Below are positions 18,439 through 29,700 of a DNA stretch of 64,000 nt, one piece after another. This stretch comes from Alphaproteobacteria bacterium RIFCSPLOWO2_01_FULL_40_26 (lineage in GTDB: Bacteria; Pseudomonadota; Alphaproteobacteria; Rickettsiales; UBA1997). Where the stretch lies: the NCBI GenBank assembly GCA_001767955.1, contig MEMO01000021.1, positions 8,344-72,343 of the forward strand. The letters run 5' to 3'. The position numbers and the translations under genes are program-made. The notes beneath the pieces are model-generated. The model was given only the letters and a program-made list of their open reading frames with translations, ran no database searches and had not been told where the DNA came from. The stretch's first letter is position 1. Each line of letters starts with the position of its first letter.

Positions 18439-19753
18439 GAAATTTTTTTCCACCCCGTGGAATTGAAACCTGTTTGGCGCGAGCAACCGCCAAGTCATCC
18501 ATGATTACATCTTTTGTAATCACGCTTCCAGCGCCAATCACGGCGCTGTCGCCGATTTCAAGCGGCGCAACTAAAGCCGTGTTTGAACCAACAAAAACAT
18601 TTTTGCCAATTGTGGTTTTGAATTTGTTATAGCCATCGTAATTGCAGGTGATTACGCCAGCACCGATATTGGAATCTTCGCCAATTTCAGAATCTCCAAC
18701 ATAACTCAAATGATTGATTTTTGCACCGCGTTTTATGTTGGATTTTTTTACTTCGACAAAATTTCCGATGCGCACATTTTCTGAAATTTTTGTTTGCGGA
18801 CGAATTCTTGCAAATGGCCCTACAACAACGTCTGACGCGATTTCAGCGCCTTCGATATGACAGAAAGATCTGATCTCAACATTTTTTTCAATCACAACTT
18901 TAGCGCCGAAAAAAACATGCGGATGAATCACGACATCATGCGAAATTTTAGTGTCGAAAGAAAAATAAACTGAAGATGGATCAAGCAAAGTTATGCCTTC
19001 ATCCATCATTTTTTTTCTGATTTGGTTTTGTTTTATTTCTTCAATTTTTGCCAGTTCAGCACGCGAATTTACGCCTAAAACTTTTTCCATCGAAGTTTTG
19101 ATGAATGTGCGTTTCAGGCCCATTTTACCAGCTATGGTAACGATGTCGGTTAGATAAAATTCGCCGGCTTCGTTGTTGTCGCCAATTTGTGAAATCATTT
19201 CAGAAATTTTTTCGCCATCAATTGCCATCACGCCAGAATTGCACAAAGCGATTTTTCTTTCTTCAGCGCTGGCATCTTTGAATTCAACGATACTTTCAAT
19301 ATGACCTTTCTCATCAATAATCAGGCGACCGTAGCGATTTTCCTCCTCATCATCAAAACCTAAAATGCAAAGCGAAAAACTATCAAGTTTGTCAACCATT
19401 TTTTTTAAAGTGATGTGCTCGATTAGTGGCGTGTCGCCATAAAGCACCAAAACTTTTTCACCAAGATTTTTGATTTTTCCAAGAGCTGTTTGAACTGCAT
19501 GCGCTGTGCCTTTGCGCTCTTTTTGTATAACAAAGGAAATTTCCGTTTTTGGGTGAGCGGCAAGAATTTTTTCCACAGAATCTTTCATCTCATCCGAAAT
19601 GACGATGGTGATATTTTGTGGATGCAAAATCTTCGCCTCATCAATCACCATATTGAGCATCTCGCGACCAGCAATTTTATGCATCACTTTCGGCAAATCC
19701 GATTTCATTCTCGTTCCTTTACCAGCAGCAAGGATGATGATGGAGAGAGTCAT
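18416..19753 (-). CDS. glmU: Bifunctional GlmU (UDP-GlcNAc pyrophosphorylase / GlcN-1-P acetyltransferase)
   Basis: ILAAGKGTRMKS; C-terminal hexapeptide repeats. ATG 19753 overlaps the yoeB stop (ATGA). Confidence 0.9.
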   Translation of the reverse strand: MTLSIIILAAGKGTRMKSDLPKVMHKIAGREMLNMVIDEAKILHPQNITIVISDEMKDSVEKILAAHPKTEISFVIQKERKGTAHAVQTALGKIKNLGEKVLVLYGDTPLIEHITLKKMVDKLDSFSLCILGFDDEEENRYGRLIIDEKGHIESIVEFKDASAEERKIALCNSGVMAIDGEKISEMISQIGDNNEAGEFYLTDIVTIAGKMGLKRTFIKTSMEKVLGVNSRAELAKIEEIKQNQIRKKMMDEGITLLDPSSVYFSFDTKISHDVVIHPHVFFGAKVVIEKNVEIRSFCHIEGAEIASDVVVGPFARIRPQTKISENVRIGNFVEVKKSNIKRGAKINHLSYVGDSEIGEDSNIGAGVITCNYDGYNKFKTTIGKNVFVGSNTALVAPLEIGDSAVIGAGSVITKDVIMDDLAVARAKQVSIPRGGKKFHETKSNK

Positions 19754-20175
19754 GGCTGATAATGATAGCGACATTGCACAATGATCACACGACCATCTTG
19801 AATCATGTAAACTAGCCGGTGCTCATCATTGATCCGACGCGACCAAAAACCGGATAAATTACCTCTCAACGCTTCTGGTTTTCCGGTTCCAGAAAATGGA
19901 GTACGAGCAATTTCTTTAATTAAAGCATTAATTCGCTTGATCATCGTTCTATCATGTTGCTGCCAATAAACATAGTCTTCCAAGGCATTAGAGCCTGTTT
20001 TCAAACCCAGCGCGTTTCGATTTTGCCCAAATTTTGTGCGACTTTTTGGCAAAATTTTGCCGCTGTATCTGGCATACTGCAAAAAATTTTGCCAAAAAAC
20101 GAGCCAAAATTTGGGCAAAAGCGAAATGTGGTGGGTTTGAAAACAGGCTCTAAAATCAAAACTAATTTGTTTCAT
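19750..20175 (-). CDS. yoeB: YoeB/Txe-family toxin carrying a 54-aa in-frame palindromic-element insertion after residue 8
   Basis: ..ALEDYVYWQQHD..RTPFSGTGKPEALRGNLSGFWSRRINDEHRLVYMI..VIIVQCRYHY. Confidence 0.8.
   Translation of the reverse strand: MKQISFDFRACFQTHHISLLPKFWLVFWQNFLQYARYSGKILPKSRTKFGQNRNALGLKTGSNALEDYVYWQQHDRTMIKRINALIKEIARTPFSGTGKPEALRGNLSGFWSRRINDEHRLVYMIQDGRVIIVQCRYHYQP
19991..20150. mobile_element. 160-bp palindromic MITE-like element, family A copy A2 (inside yoeB)
   Basis: GAGCCTGTTTTCAAACCC..GGGTTTGAAAACAGGCTC with TA flanks. Confidence 0.9.
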
Positions 20176-20425
20176 GTTCGATCAAGTTGTGATGCTGATA
20201 TTTTTCATTTTTTACATTTTCGATCGACTCCATAAGTCTTTTGCGATTTGTCGGACTACGTGTTAAATAGAGGGTTTCTTCGTAACTGCTAAAATCTTCC
20301 AGAGATAACATCACCAACGGTTCTTTTGAATTGCTGGTGATTATTGTTGGAACATGATCTCGCAAAATCTCATTAGCAATTTTAGTAAAATTTTTCTGCA
20401 CTTCAGAAAATTTTCTTACTCGCAT
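20162..20425 (-). CDS. yefM: YefM/Phd-family antitoxin
   Basis: PLVMLSLEDFSSYEETLYLTRSPTNRKRLMESI; overlaps the yoeB start. Confidence 0.85.
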   Translation of the reverse strand: MRVRKFSEVQKNFTKIANEILRDHVPTIITSNSKEPLVMLSLEDFSSYEETLYLTRSPTNRKRLMESIENVKNEKYQHHNLIEHETN

Positions 20426-20434
20426 AATTTCCCC

Positions 20435-21559
<1,125 letters not shown>

Positions 21560-21601
21560 TTAGAGACACAACACTTCTGATAACAACCAAATTTTTGGTT
21601 G

Positions 21602-22231
21602 TTATGCAAAATTTTGTGAAAACTCAACCACTCCGGTAGCCACATTATAAACACCGCCGATGATGGCGATTTCGCCGCTTTTTAGCATATCATTTATAAT
21701 TCCGCTTCTCTGCGGAATTTGTTTTGTCACCTGTTTAACATTGATTGAGGAAACCTTTTCGACAAAGGCGACATTTTGCGAATCGCGTTTTGTTTCGGTT
21801 TTTTCTTCCAAAACCGCCGGCTCGATTTTGGCAAGAAGACCACTCAAATGCCCCATCCACAAATGATCGCAAGCGCCTTTAATCGCGCTGCATTCAGTAT
21901 GACCTAAAACCATGATCAGCTTGGCCCCGCCAATTTTTGCAGCGAATTCCATGCTGCCTAAAATATCATCATTGAGGATATTACCCGCGATGCGGCAGGA
22001 AAAAATATCGCCCAAACCCTGATCAAAAATAAGTTCGGCCGAAGTTCGTGAATCGATGCAACTCAAAACGAAAGCAAAAGGATGTTGTCCTTCCGAAGTT
22101 TCGTTAGCCTGTTTGAGCAAATTGCGATCAAATTGCAGGTTTCTGACAAAGCGTTTATTGCCCTCTTGCAGCAGTTGAATCGCCATTTTTGGCGTTAACG
22201 CGTCGCGCGTTTCTTTAGTTAAAGTTAACAT
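21602..22231 (-). CDS. Beta-class carbonic anhydrase
   Basis: SCIDSR .. VLGHTECSAIKGAC zinc-ligand pattern; ~210 aa. Confidence 0.8.
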   Translation of the reverse strand: MLTLTKETRDALTPKMAIQLLQEGNKRFVRNLQFDRNLLKQANETSEGQHPFAFVLSCIDSRTSAELIFDQGLGDIFSCRIAGNILNDDILGSMEFAAKIGGAKLIMVLGHTECSAIKGACDHLWMGHLSGLLAKIEPAVLEEKTETKRDSQNVAFVEKVSSINVKQVTKQIPQRSGIINDMLKSGEIAIIGGVYNVATGVVEFSQNFA

Positions 22232-22242
22232 GATAAATTCTT

Positions 22243-23760
22243 TTAAATTTTTTTGAGATTTACGCCTTTGACAGTGAGGCTAATATTTTTTGACTTGGCC
22301 TGAACCCTGAAATTCTGGATGATTTCCACTACGTCATAATCGATGAATTTCGATTTGCTGCCATCAATAATGACCATGGAATTTTCAGGAATATCGGCAA
22401 GCGTCTGTAGAATCGCGCCCTTGTTTAGAAACGAAACTTCCTCGGCAAGGCGAATAACATGCTCATGATTTTTTCCTTCCTTATCCTCAATATGCTCGCG
22501 TGAAAGAGCATTGCGGAAATTGTTGTAGAGAATGAATAAAACCGATATTGCCATGCCAAACATAACGCCTTTGAGCAAATCAAAAATCACGATTCCGGCA
22601 ATGGTTACAAAAAATGGTAAAAATTGCTCAAAACCAAGTTTGCGCATTTCATTGATAAGCGAAGGTTTTGCCAGCTTATAGCCAACCATAATCAGAATGC
22701 AGGCCAGACTTGAAAGCGGGATCATGTTGAGCAGATTCGGAATTGCGATTGCCGAAATCAGCAACAAAAATCCGTGCAAAATTGCCGAAGATTTACTGCG
22801 TGCACCAAAGGTGATATTGGCGCTGCTTCGAACAATCACCTGAGTAATCGGCAAACCTCCGATAAGGCCGGAAATTATATTTCCCAAACCCTGCGCCTTT
22901 AGTTCGCGATTGGTCGGAGTAATTCTTTTTAAAGAATCAAGTTTGTCGGTTGCCTCAACACAAAGCAAAGTTTCCAAACTGGCAATGATGGCAATCACCA
23001 TCGCCATTGCGTAAATTTGCGGATTTTTTAGCTGATCGAAATTGGGCAGATAAAATTGTGAAAAAAATTCGCTGAAATTTTCTGCAACAAGAATCTGCAC
23101 AATCTGATGTCCGGCCAGTTCCATAAAATTGCTGGCAAATATCCCGACAATGACAACCGCAAGCGGCCCGGGAATCACGGAAAAAGTTTTGTATTTTTTT
23201 GCCAGAGATTCCCATGAAAGCAAAAGCGACATCGAAATGATGCTGATGATTATTGCCGCGGGAGTAAAATTATTGACGGTTTTTTGCAAAGTGATCAGAG
23301 CTCCTTCATCAAGAAATTCTTCGAAATCTCGCGCCATTCCAGTGTTATAACCAAGAGCATGTGGAATCTGTTTGATGATAATAATTACCCCAATTCCAGC
23401 CAACATTCCCTTGATTACTGATGAAGGAAAATAATAGGCGATGGTGCCAAGCCGCATCATGCCCATGATTATCTGAATGATGCCGGCAAGAAACACCGCA
23501 ACCAGAAAATTTTCGAAAGAACCAAGAGTTGCAACATAGCCAAAAACTATGACGGCAAGACCAGTCGCCGGACCACTAACGCCAAGAGGAGATCTGCTTA
23601 CAGCACCAACTACAACACCACCGATAATTCCGGAAATTATCCCGGAAAACAGCGGCACGCCGGAAACTAAAGCAATACCAAGGCACAATGGCAATGCCAC
23701 AAAAAACACCACGATACTTGCAGACAAGTCGTAGCGCAGATTTTGGATGAAATTTTGCAT
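22243..23760 (-). CDS. SulP-family anion (sulfate/bicarbonate) transporter with C-terminal STAS domain
   Basis: ~500 aa, multi-TM core plus a soluble C-terminal domain; adjacent to the carbonic anhydrase, as in many bacteria. Confidence 0.85.
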   Translation of the reverse strand: MQNFIQNLRYDLSASIVVFFVALPLCLGIALVSGVPLFSGIISGIIGGVVVGAVSRSPLGVSGPATGLAVIVFGYVATLGSFENFLVAVFLAGIIQIIMGMMRLGTIAYYFPSSVIKGMLAGIGVIIIIKQIPHALGYNTGMARDFEEFLDEGALITLQKTVNNFTPAAIIISIISMSLLLSWESLAKKYKTFSVIPGPLAVVIVGIFASNFMELAGHQIVQILVAENFSEFFSQFYLPNFDQLKNPQIYAMAMVIAIIASLETLLCVEATDKLDSLKRITPTNRELKAQGLGNIISGLIGGLPITQVIVRSSANITFGARSKSSAILHGFLLLISAIAIPNLLNMIPLSSLACILIMVGYKLAKPSLINEMRKLGFEQFLPFFVTIAGIVIFDLLKGVMFGMAISVLFILYNNFRNALSREHIEDKEGKNHEHVIRLAEEVSFLNKGAILQTLADIPENSMVIIDGSKSKFIDYDVVEIIQNFRVQAKSKNISLTVKGVNLKKI

Positions 23761-23799
23761 GATTGATAAACTTAAAATTACACGAAATGTGGTGTAATC

Positions 23800-24078
23800 T
23801 TAAACATTAGGGGGAGAGGTTAAAACCGCGGGGAAAAAGCCGGTTTTGAAGGAATGATTGATTGGAAGAAAAGATTTAATCCAACCCATGCAGGTAAAAA
23901 TTTTGTTACTTATATTGGCCAATTCCAGATTTTTATCCTCACCATTTTCTCCAGCTTCAGAAGTGATTTCCATGGATAGCGAGACCTTGGAAAAAGATTG
24001 CATTTTGGAGTTTTGTGAAACCCAAAACATGCAAATTGTCATCAATGTCAGAACTAAAATTTTCATCAGATTTTTCAT
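23800..24078 (-). CDS. Hypothetical small secreted protein
   Basis: N-terminal signal-like MKNLMKILVLTLMTICMFWV; no recognisable domain. Confidence 0.3.
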   Translation of the reverse strand: MKNLMKILVLTLMTICMFWVSQNSKMQSFSKVSLSMEITSEAGENGEDKNLELANISNKIFTCMGWIKSFLPINHSFKTGFFPAVLTSPPNV

Positions 24079-24098
24079 ATTTTGAGAGAAATGTTGGC

Positions 24099-24815
24099 TT
24101 ACAAAACCTTACTCAAAAATTTTAATCCAGCAAAAATTGTCATGATGGCGATACCTTTTTTGAAAGTATCTTCACTGATTTTTAGATGAATCAGATGACC
24201 AAGTTTAATGGCGATAAAAACTGGAATTATTGTCCACCAGATTGTGATAAAAAATTCCAATTGTAGTTGATTTTGCCATAATAATTGCGGGATACGAACC
24301 AAATTCAGCAAAACAAAAAATACTGCCATTGTCGTACGAAGAGAAGATTTATTTTTAAATTTATTTTTAATCGCATTAACCACAAAAGGTCCGCCGAGAC
24401 CAAAAATTCCGTGTGAAATTCCGCCAATAAAAATCAGTTTGTTTTTGAAGAATTTTGGAAAAACAACGCGATCAAAAAATATGGTTTTTACAGCAAGAAT
24501 TATAAGCAAAATTCCAAGCAAAAATGCCAGGCTTTGCGAAGAAAATCTGGAAAAAATCAGCACGCCAAAAACTGTTCCAACCAATGACAGGGGAATCAGG
24601 GAAATAAAGATTTTTTTATCAAATTGCTTGAAATCGGAAGCAGCAATGTAGGCACTGGCAAGAGTTCCAACGTAAAGTCCGGCGATTACCATCTCCTTCA
24701 GATCAATGAAAAATCCGAGAATGGCATAGGCAATTATTCCACCACCAAAACCGATGATGCTTTCAAAGAAAAAACCAGCGGAAAAACTTATTGCGATTAG
24801 AATTGCGAAGGACAT
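24099..24815 (-). CDS. TauE/SafE (DUF81) family membrane transporter
   Basis: MSFAILIAISFSAGFFFESIIGFGGGII and the later GGISHGIFGLGGP are typical of the family. The start was trimmed from the ORF-track 25028. Confidence 0.65.
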   Translation of the reverse strand: MSFAILIAISFSAGFFFESIIGFGGGIIAYAILGFFIDLKEMVIAGLYVGTLASAYIAASDFKQFDKKIFISLIPLSLVGTVFGVLIFSRFSSQSLAFLLGILLIILAVKTIFFDRVVFPKFFKNKLIFIGGISHGIFGLGGPFVVNAIKNKFKNKSSLRTTMAVFFVLLNLVRIPQLLWQNQLQLEFFITIWWTIIPVFIAIKLGHLIHLKISEDTFKKGIAIMTIFAGLKFLSKVL

Positions 24816-24855
24816 AAATTTAGTGGTAAATTGTAAGTCATAATCAGTCAATCTA

Positions 24856-26064
24856 ATGAAAAAAATTTTTTTCTTTTTGCTTGTTTTTTCATGTGAAGTT
24901 TTGGCGCGTGATTTTACCAACCAGGGAATTCTCAACGATCTCGTCACTTTGGACATCAAAAAATTTATAAAAAATATTGATCCAAAAATTACCAACCGCT
25001 TTATCGCTGAAGTTGAATTTGATGACAATTACCAATCAACCAATCGCCGCAATGAATATAAAGAAACTTTGGGAAAAATTCGTTTTTACAGCAATTTTCA
25101 CCTCAACAAAAAGGTGTGGATAAGCAGCTATCTCAAACTCGATCGCTTCGATAATCAGAATAAAACCAACCGCAGAAACGCTACAACAAATGGCGGCGGA
25201 GATCGTGCTTTTGAAAATGTCGGGGTGATCGTTGAAGAATTGAATCTCAACAGCAGTCGCGAAAATTACTCTTTGATCGCAGGAAAATTTAATCTCGATT
25301 TTGGCAGTGCCTGGAGATGGGATCGCGGCATATGGATTCACAATATTGCCGACAATTACAAACAAACTGAAAAACTTGGTTTCAGCGGCGTATACCGTCT
25401 CGGAGATGCTAAAAAAACCGGACGCTACAATTTCAGCGCCACTACCTTCACCAACGACAGAAAAAACTTTGACAATTCAGCAATGGTTGATCGCAATCAC
25501 ACCAGCAGATCCGATGGCAAACCAGGAGATACAAGATCTCTTGAGTCATATAGCGCCTCGTTAAACATCGCTTTTGACTTTAGCGAACGGGAAAAATTGG
25601 CTTATCATTTTTCCTATATCGACCTAGCGGTTAATGAAAAAACCAGCGCAGTTTCGCAAACTAAAATCGATGATCAAAAAGGCTTCACCGCCGGCATGAA
25701 TTATCGTTATCCCGTAGCAGAAAATCTTTCACTTGATGCCTTGCTTGAATATGCCGAAATAAAAAATGTTAACGGTAATTCCGATATCGGAGAGGATTAT
25801 TTCACAGCCAACATCATAACCAAATTCCATCGTAATTGGAGCGTTATCCTTGGCAATGCAAACCGCAGAAGAATGCAGATTGACCAAAATGGTTTTGATC
25901 AAAATTTATCAGAAATTTCTTTCGGTTATGAATTTGATAAAACAAAATTCTTCGACCACTTAACCCTGCAAACCGGATATAAACACCTGCGAACCGACAA
26001 TAAAACCAGCCTTGAAACACAGAATGTTTATGGGGTTTTAGCGAGATATTATAAAAATTTTTAA
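24856..26064 (+). CDS. Outer-membrane beta-barrel (porin-like) protein
   Basis: Signal peptide MKKIFFFLLVFSCEVLA; alternating beta-strand pattern; C-terminal ..ARYYKNF. Confidence 0.5.
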   Translation: MKKIFFFLLVFSCEVLARDFTNQGILNDLVTLDIKKFIKNIDPKITNRFIAEVEFDDNYQSTNRRNEYKETLGKIRFYSNFHLNKKVWISSYLKLDRFDNQNKTNRRNATTNGGGDRAFENVGVIVEELNLNSSRENYSLIAGKFNLDFGSAWRWDRGIWIHNIADNYKQTEKLGFSGVYRLGDAKKTGRYNFSATTFTNDRKNFDNSAMVDRNHTSRSDGKPGDTRSLESYSASLNIAFDFSEREKLAYHFSYIDLAVNEKTSAVSQTKIDDQKGFTAGMNYRYPVAENLSLDALLEYAEIKNVNGNSDIGEDYFTANIITKFHRNWSVILGNANRRRMQIDQNGFDQNLSEISFGYEFDKTKFFDHLTLQTGYKHLRTDNKTSLETQNVYGVLARYYKNF

Positions 26065-26067
26065 TAG

Positions 26068-26706
26068 ATGAAAAAACTCCTACTCGCAGTCCCAAAAGGC
26101 AGAATTCTTGAAGAATTAAATCCGCTACTGCAACGCATAAAAATCATTCCGGAACAGGATTTTTTTGATGAATCCGCACGCAAAATGGTTTTTAAAACAA
26201 ACTTGCCGAATCTTGAAATCATCAAAGTCCGCTCATTTGATGTCGCCACTTTTGTCAAATTCGGCGCTGCCGATCTTGGCATTTGCGGCCTCGATGTTCT
26301 CAAAGAATTCTCTTCAAATGAAATTTTTCCCGTTCTCGATCTTGCGATTGGAAAGTGCCGTTTATCAATTGCAGCAAAAAAATCTGTTGCATTCGATTTA
26401 AAAAAAATGAGCCACATTCGCATCGCCACCAAATACACCGCAATCGCCAACAATTATTTTTCTGCAATCGGAATTCAGGTTGAAGCCATAAAACTCAACG
26501 GCGCAATTGAGATCGCACCAAAATTAAAACTTTGCGATTTTATCATTGATCTGGTCAGCAGCGGCAAAACCCTTGCTGAAAATGGCATGGTTGAGGTGCA
26601 AAAAATTCTTGATGTCACTTCCCACTTGATCGTTAACCGCGCCTCTTTCAAAACCGCCAATTCCAAGATAAATCAGCTAATCAAAATTTTTGATGCGACG
26701 CAGTAG
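26068..26706 (+). CDS. hisG: ATP phosphoribosyltransferase, short form
   Basis: MKKLLLAVPKGRILEE..; ~210 aa; DLVSSGKTLAENG motif. Confidence 0.85.
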   Translation: MKKLLLAVPKGRILEELNPLLQRIKIIPEQDFFDESARKMVFKTNLPNLEIIKVRSFDVATFVKFGAADLGICGLDVLKEFSSNEIFPVLDLAIGKCRLSIAAKKSVAFDLKKMSHIRIATKYTAIANNYFSAIGIQVEAIKLNGAIEIAPKLKLCDFIIDLVSSGKTLAENGMVEVQKILDVTSHLIVNRASFKTANSKINQLIKIFDATQ

Positions 26707-29700
26707 CCTTTTTCATAAGTTCCTTTGTCTACCGCTTGTTTACTTTGTCGCTGTTTCTTCCATTTTGACTCCGAGTCAGGCTTATGCTGTTTATGAAGGT
26801 GTGCGCGGAATCGATGATCATCCGACTTCAGGCACACAACCGGCAATCACTTTTGATGCCGAAAAAAACAAATGTGACACTAGTTCAATCGCCTTTCTTC
26901 CAACCGGTGTTAATGATGATTTCAACATCAAACTTGATAATCCAACCTGTATCGCCTTCATCGCCGCATCAGGCGCGGTGATGCTGGCCGCCGACATCAC
27001 TGCCAGATTATTATGCAAGGCAGCGGTCACCTATCCTCCCAATGCCGCCAAATCAGCGGAAGAAACCGTTTCAGAAACAGCTTTGGGGCCCCCGATACCA
27101 TATCCAACTCCAATACTTCCAGTCAGGCTTGCCATGAAATCCGGTCAATGTGCATTCAGAGCTGGAAGCGCCATTACAGCCTGTGCCGGTCCGCAAGCAG
27201 TAGTTTTATGCGCACCAGCTTCAGCAGATGTAGCCATGTGCTGTGGCAGTGTTGCCGCATATCTTGTTGCTGCTGGTTTAATGATGGCCGCTTTAGCCAT
27301 CATCTGGAATCAGTCGGTAATTGCCTATGAAGACGCCAGAATCTGCGGTCATGGCTGGTCAAGATGGGCACGCTTTTCTCCTGAAATCGGTGGCACCGGA
27401 TCGGATGGTGAAGTTTCAACTGGTGGCAAATGGGTAAAAACCAGAGGTCCGCATCTATTGCGTCTACAACAACTATTTGCCGAAAAATATCCAACCTCTC
27501 CCGAACAAGATGCGATCGATTCCTACAAGAACGATAGCCCAAATCTTTACTGCGATGATTATTCCACCACCCGCAATATCACCAACAGATGTTATCGTGA
27601 ATTTATCTATGGCGGCGTTGAGTTTGAAGATAATGGCGATAATTCATGCGATAATCCAAGCAATTGGGATACAGCGAAGAAAAACCAGATACTTGGCTAT
27701 TCCTCAAACAAACAGCGTTATTACATGACCGGCCCGGGCAATGCGCCGGTTTATGCCTGCCACCGTTTTATCGCCACAACCAAAGATGAATCCGAAAGAT
27801 CAGCAATTCAGGCCGCTTATGATTGCTGCAAAAGGAGAAGCCAAAATGCGGTATGTTTACAACACAGAACCGGATTTGGCGGTATTCGCGGTGAATATCA
27901 GCATGGTTTTTGTGAAATAGGATCAAGATGTTCTGTTGCCAATATCACCTTTGAAGCCTTTGCCAGCCGTAGCCAGCCGAATTATGCCTGCATAAAAAGC
28001 TATTCCGTCTGTCCTTACGACCATCTCCTTGGCGGCGGCACTGAACAAAGAAAATATAACTCATCCGATCCTGCCATAGTCGACAATTTCTGCCAGTTCA
28101 TGAACCATTGCTCAAAATTGCCGGTTTTGCCCTATATCAGAACTCACAATTTTGAAGGTGAGTTCATTTCTGCCGCATGCCATGATATGAAAGGCGATTC
28201 GCAGAATGTTTATGGCTATACCAGTGAATTGGTTCCAATCAATACACGCGGTTTTTCTGCTCCGATGATCCAGTGTTTTAAAGAAACGATGGAAAATGTT
28301 TTTCTGCACAAGGCTGGTCACACCAAATGTCTGAATGCCGACGAAACTCCAAACCGGGATGGGATTTGTCAAAGCGGCTATGTTTATCGCGAAGGGCAAA
28401 CTATGTCCGGAAAATCATTTTTTGTAAAAATTCAGGACAATCTTCAGGAAGTGATCAAAATAGCCTTAACCATGTCAATTGTGCTGTTCGGCATGGCCAT
28501 ATTGCTTGCGGTTCCACAGGCTTATGTCACCAAAAAAGTTCTGCTCATCTATGTTTTAAAAATCGGCCTGGTGATGTATTTCGCCGTGGGTGATGCCTGG
28601 CAAAACCAATTCATGACCGGAGTTCTTAACAGTTCAACTTTTCTGGCTGATCTAACCTTCAAAATTGATGAAAGCGCTCCTCCGGAAAAACTGGATGGAT
28701 GCCAATTCCCACGCTTTAATTATGCTGATTCAAGCGAAGCAACCAAATATGACATTCGGCAATATCCTCCAGACAAAGATTATCTACGGGTTTGGGACAC
28801 TCTCGATTGCAAAATCGCAAGAGCTTTGGGCTTTGGCCCTGAAGTGTCGGTGCCAAATCTGGTGTTGATGATTTTGGGCGGATTTTTTACCGGCGGTCTT
28901 GGCATTGTATTTTTTGTCGGCGCTTTCATTTTTGCCTTTTTCTTAATCGCATTAACAGTCAAGGCGCTGCACATCTTTTTGATGTCAATAACCAGCGTTA
29001 TAATTCTGATTTACGTTTCTCCAATCACCATCACCCTCGCCTTTTTTGCCAAAACCAAAGGAGTTTTTGATGGGTGGTGGAAGCAAATGCTCGGCTTTAC
29101 CCTGCAGCCAATGATTCTTTTCGCCTATCTTGGAATCATGATAACAATTTTTGACAAAATGATAATCGGCGCCGACGTCACATTTAGCGGCACCTCTGAT
29201 GATCCTCACGGTCGCAGAACACCAAAATCAATTGTCTGCAATAGTGCAGCACAGGATAGCAGCATTTACTGCATTTTCAGGATTGCCGACATCAAAACCT
29301 ATACCGGCCTCGAAGTTCTGGGCATAGGTTTGCCAATGCTTGGCTCAATAAATGGAGCAAAGCTTGAAAACATCATAAGAGCAGCGCTGGTTATGTTTAT
29401 CCTCACCAAATTCATGGATAAAATTACCGAATTTGCTGCAGCTTTGGTTGGCGGCGCCGAACTTAAATCAGACTGGAATATTTCCGCCGCCGGCATGGCC
29501 GCCAAATCTTATGCAGCGCTTCGACAAATACAGACGCGCGCTATGCATGGGTTAAAGAAACATGGCGGCAAGGTTGCAAGAAAAGGTGTTGAGGGCATGA
29601 AAGGCTTGGCACACGCTGCTGGCGATAAAGGTAAAGCTATCAAAGCTCCGTCATCACCAGGAGGCGTCACAGCTGCAGTTGGGCCTGAAAAATCAGGTGT

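Noticed and set aside
21581-21606. Hairpin AACAACC-AAATTTTT-GGTTGTT at the carbonic anhydrase stop as a terminator
   Set aside because: The stem overlaps the stop codon and no U-tract follows on the transcribed (minus) strand. The evidence is insufficient.
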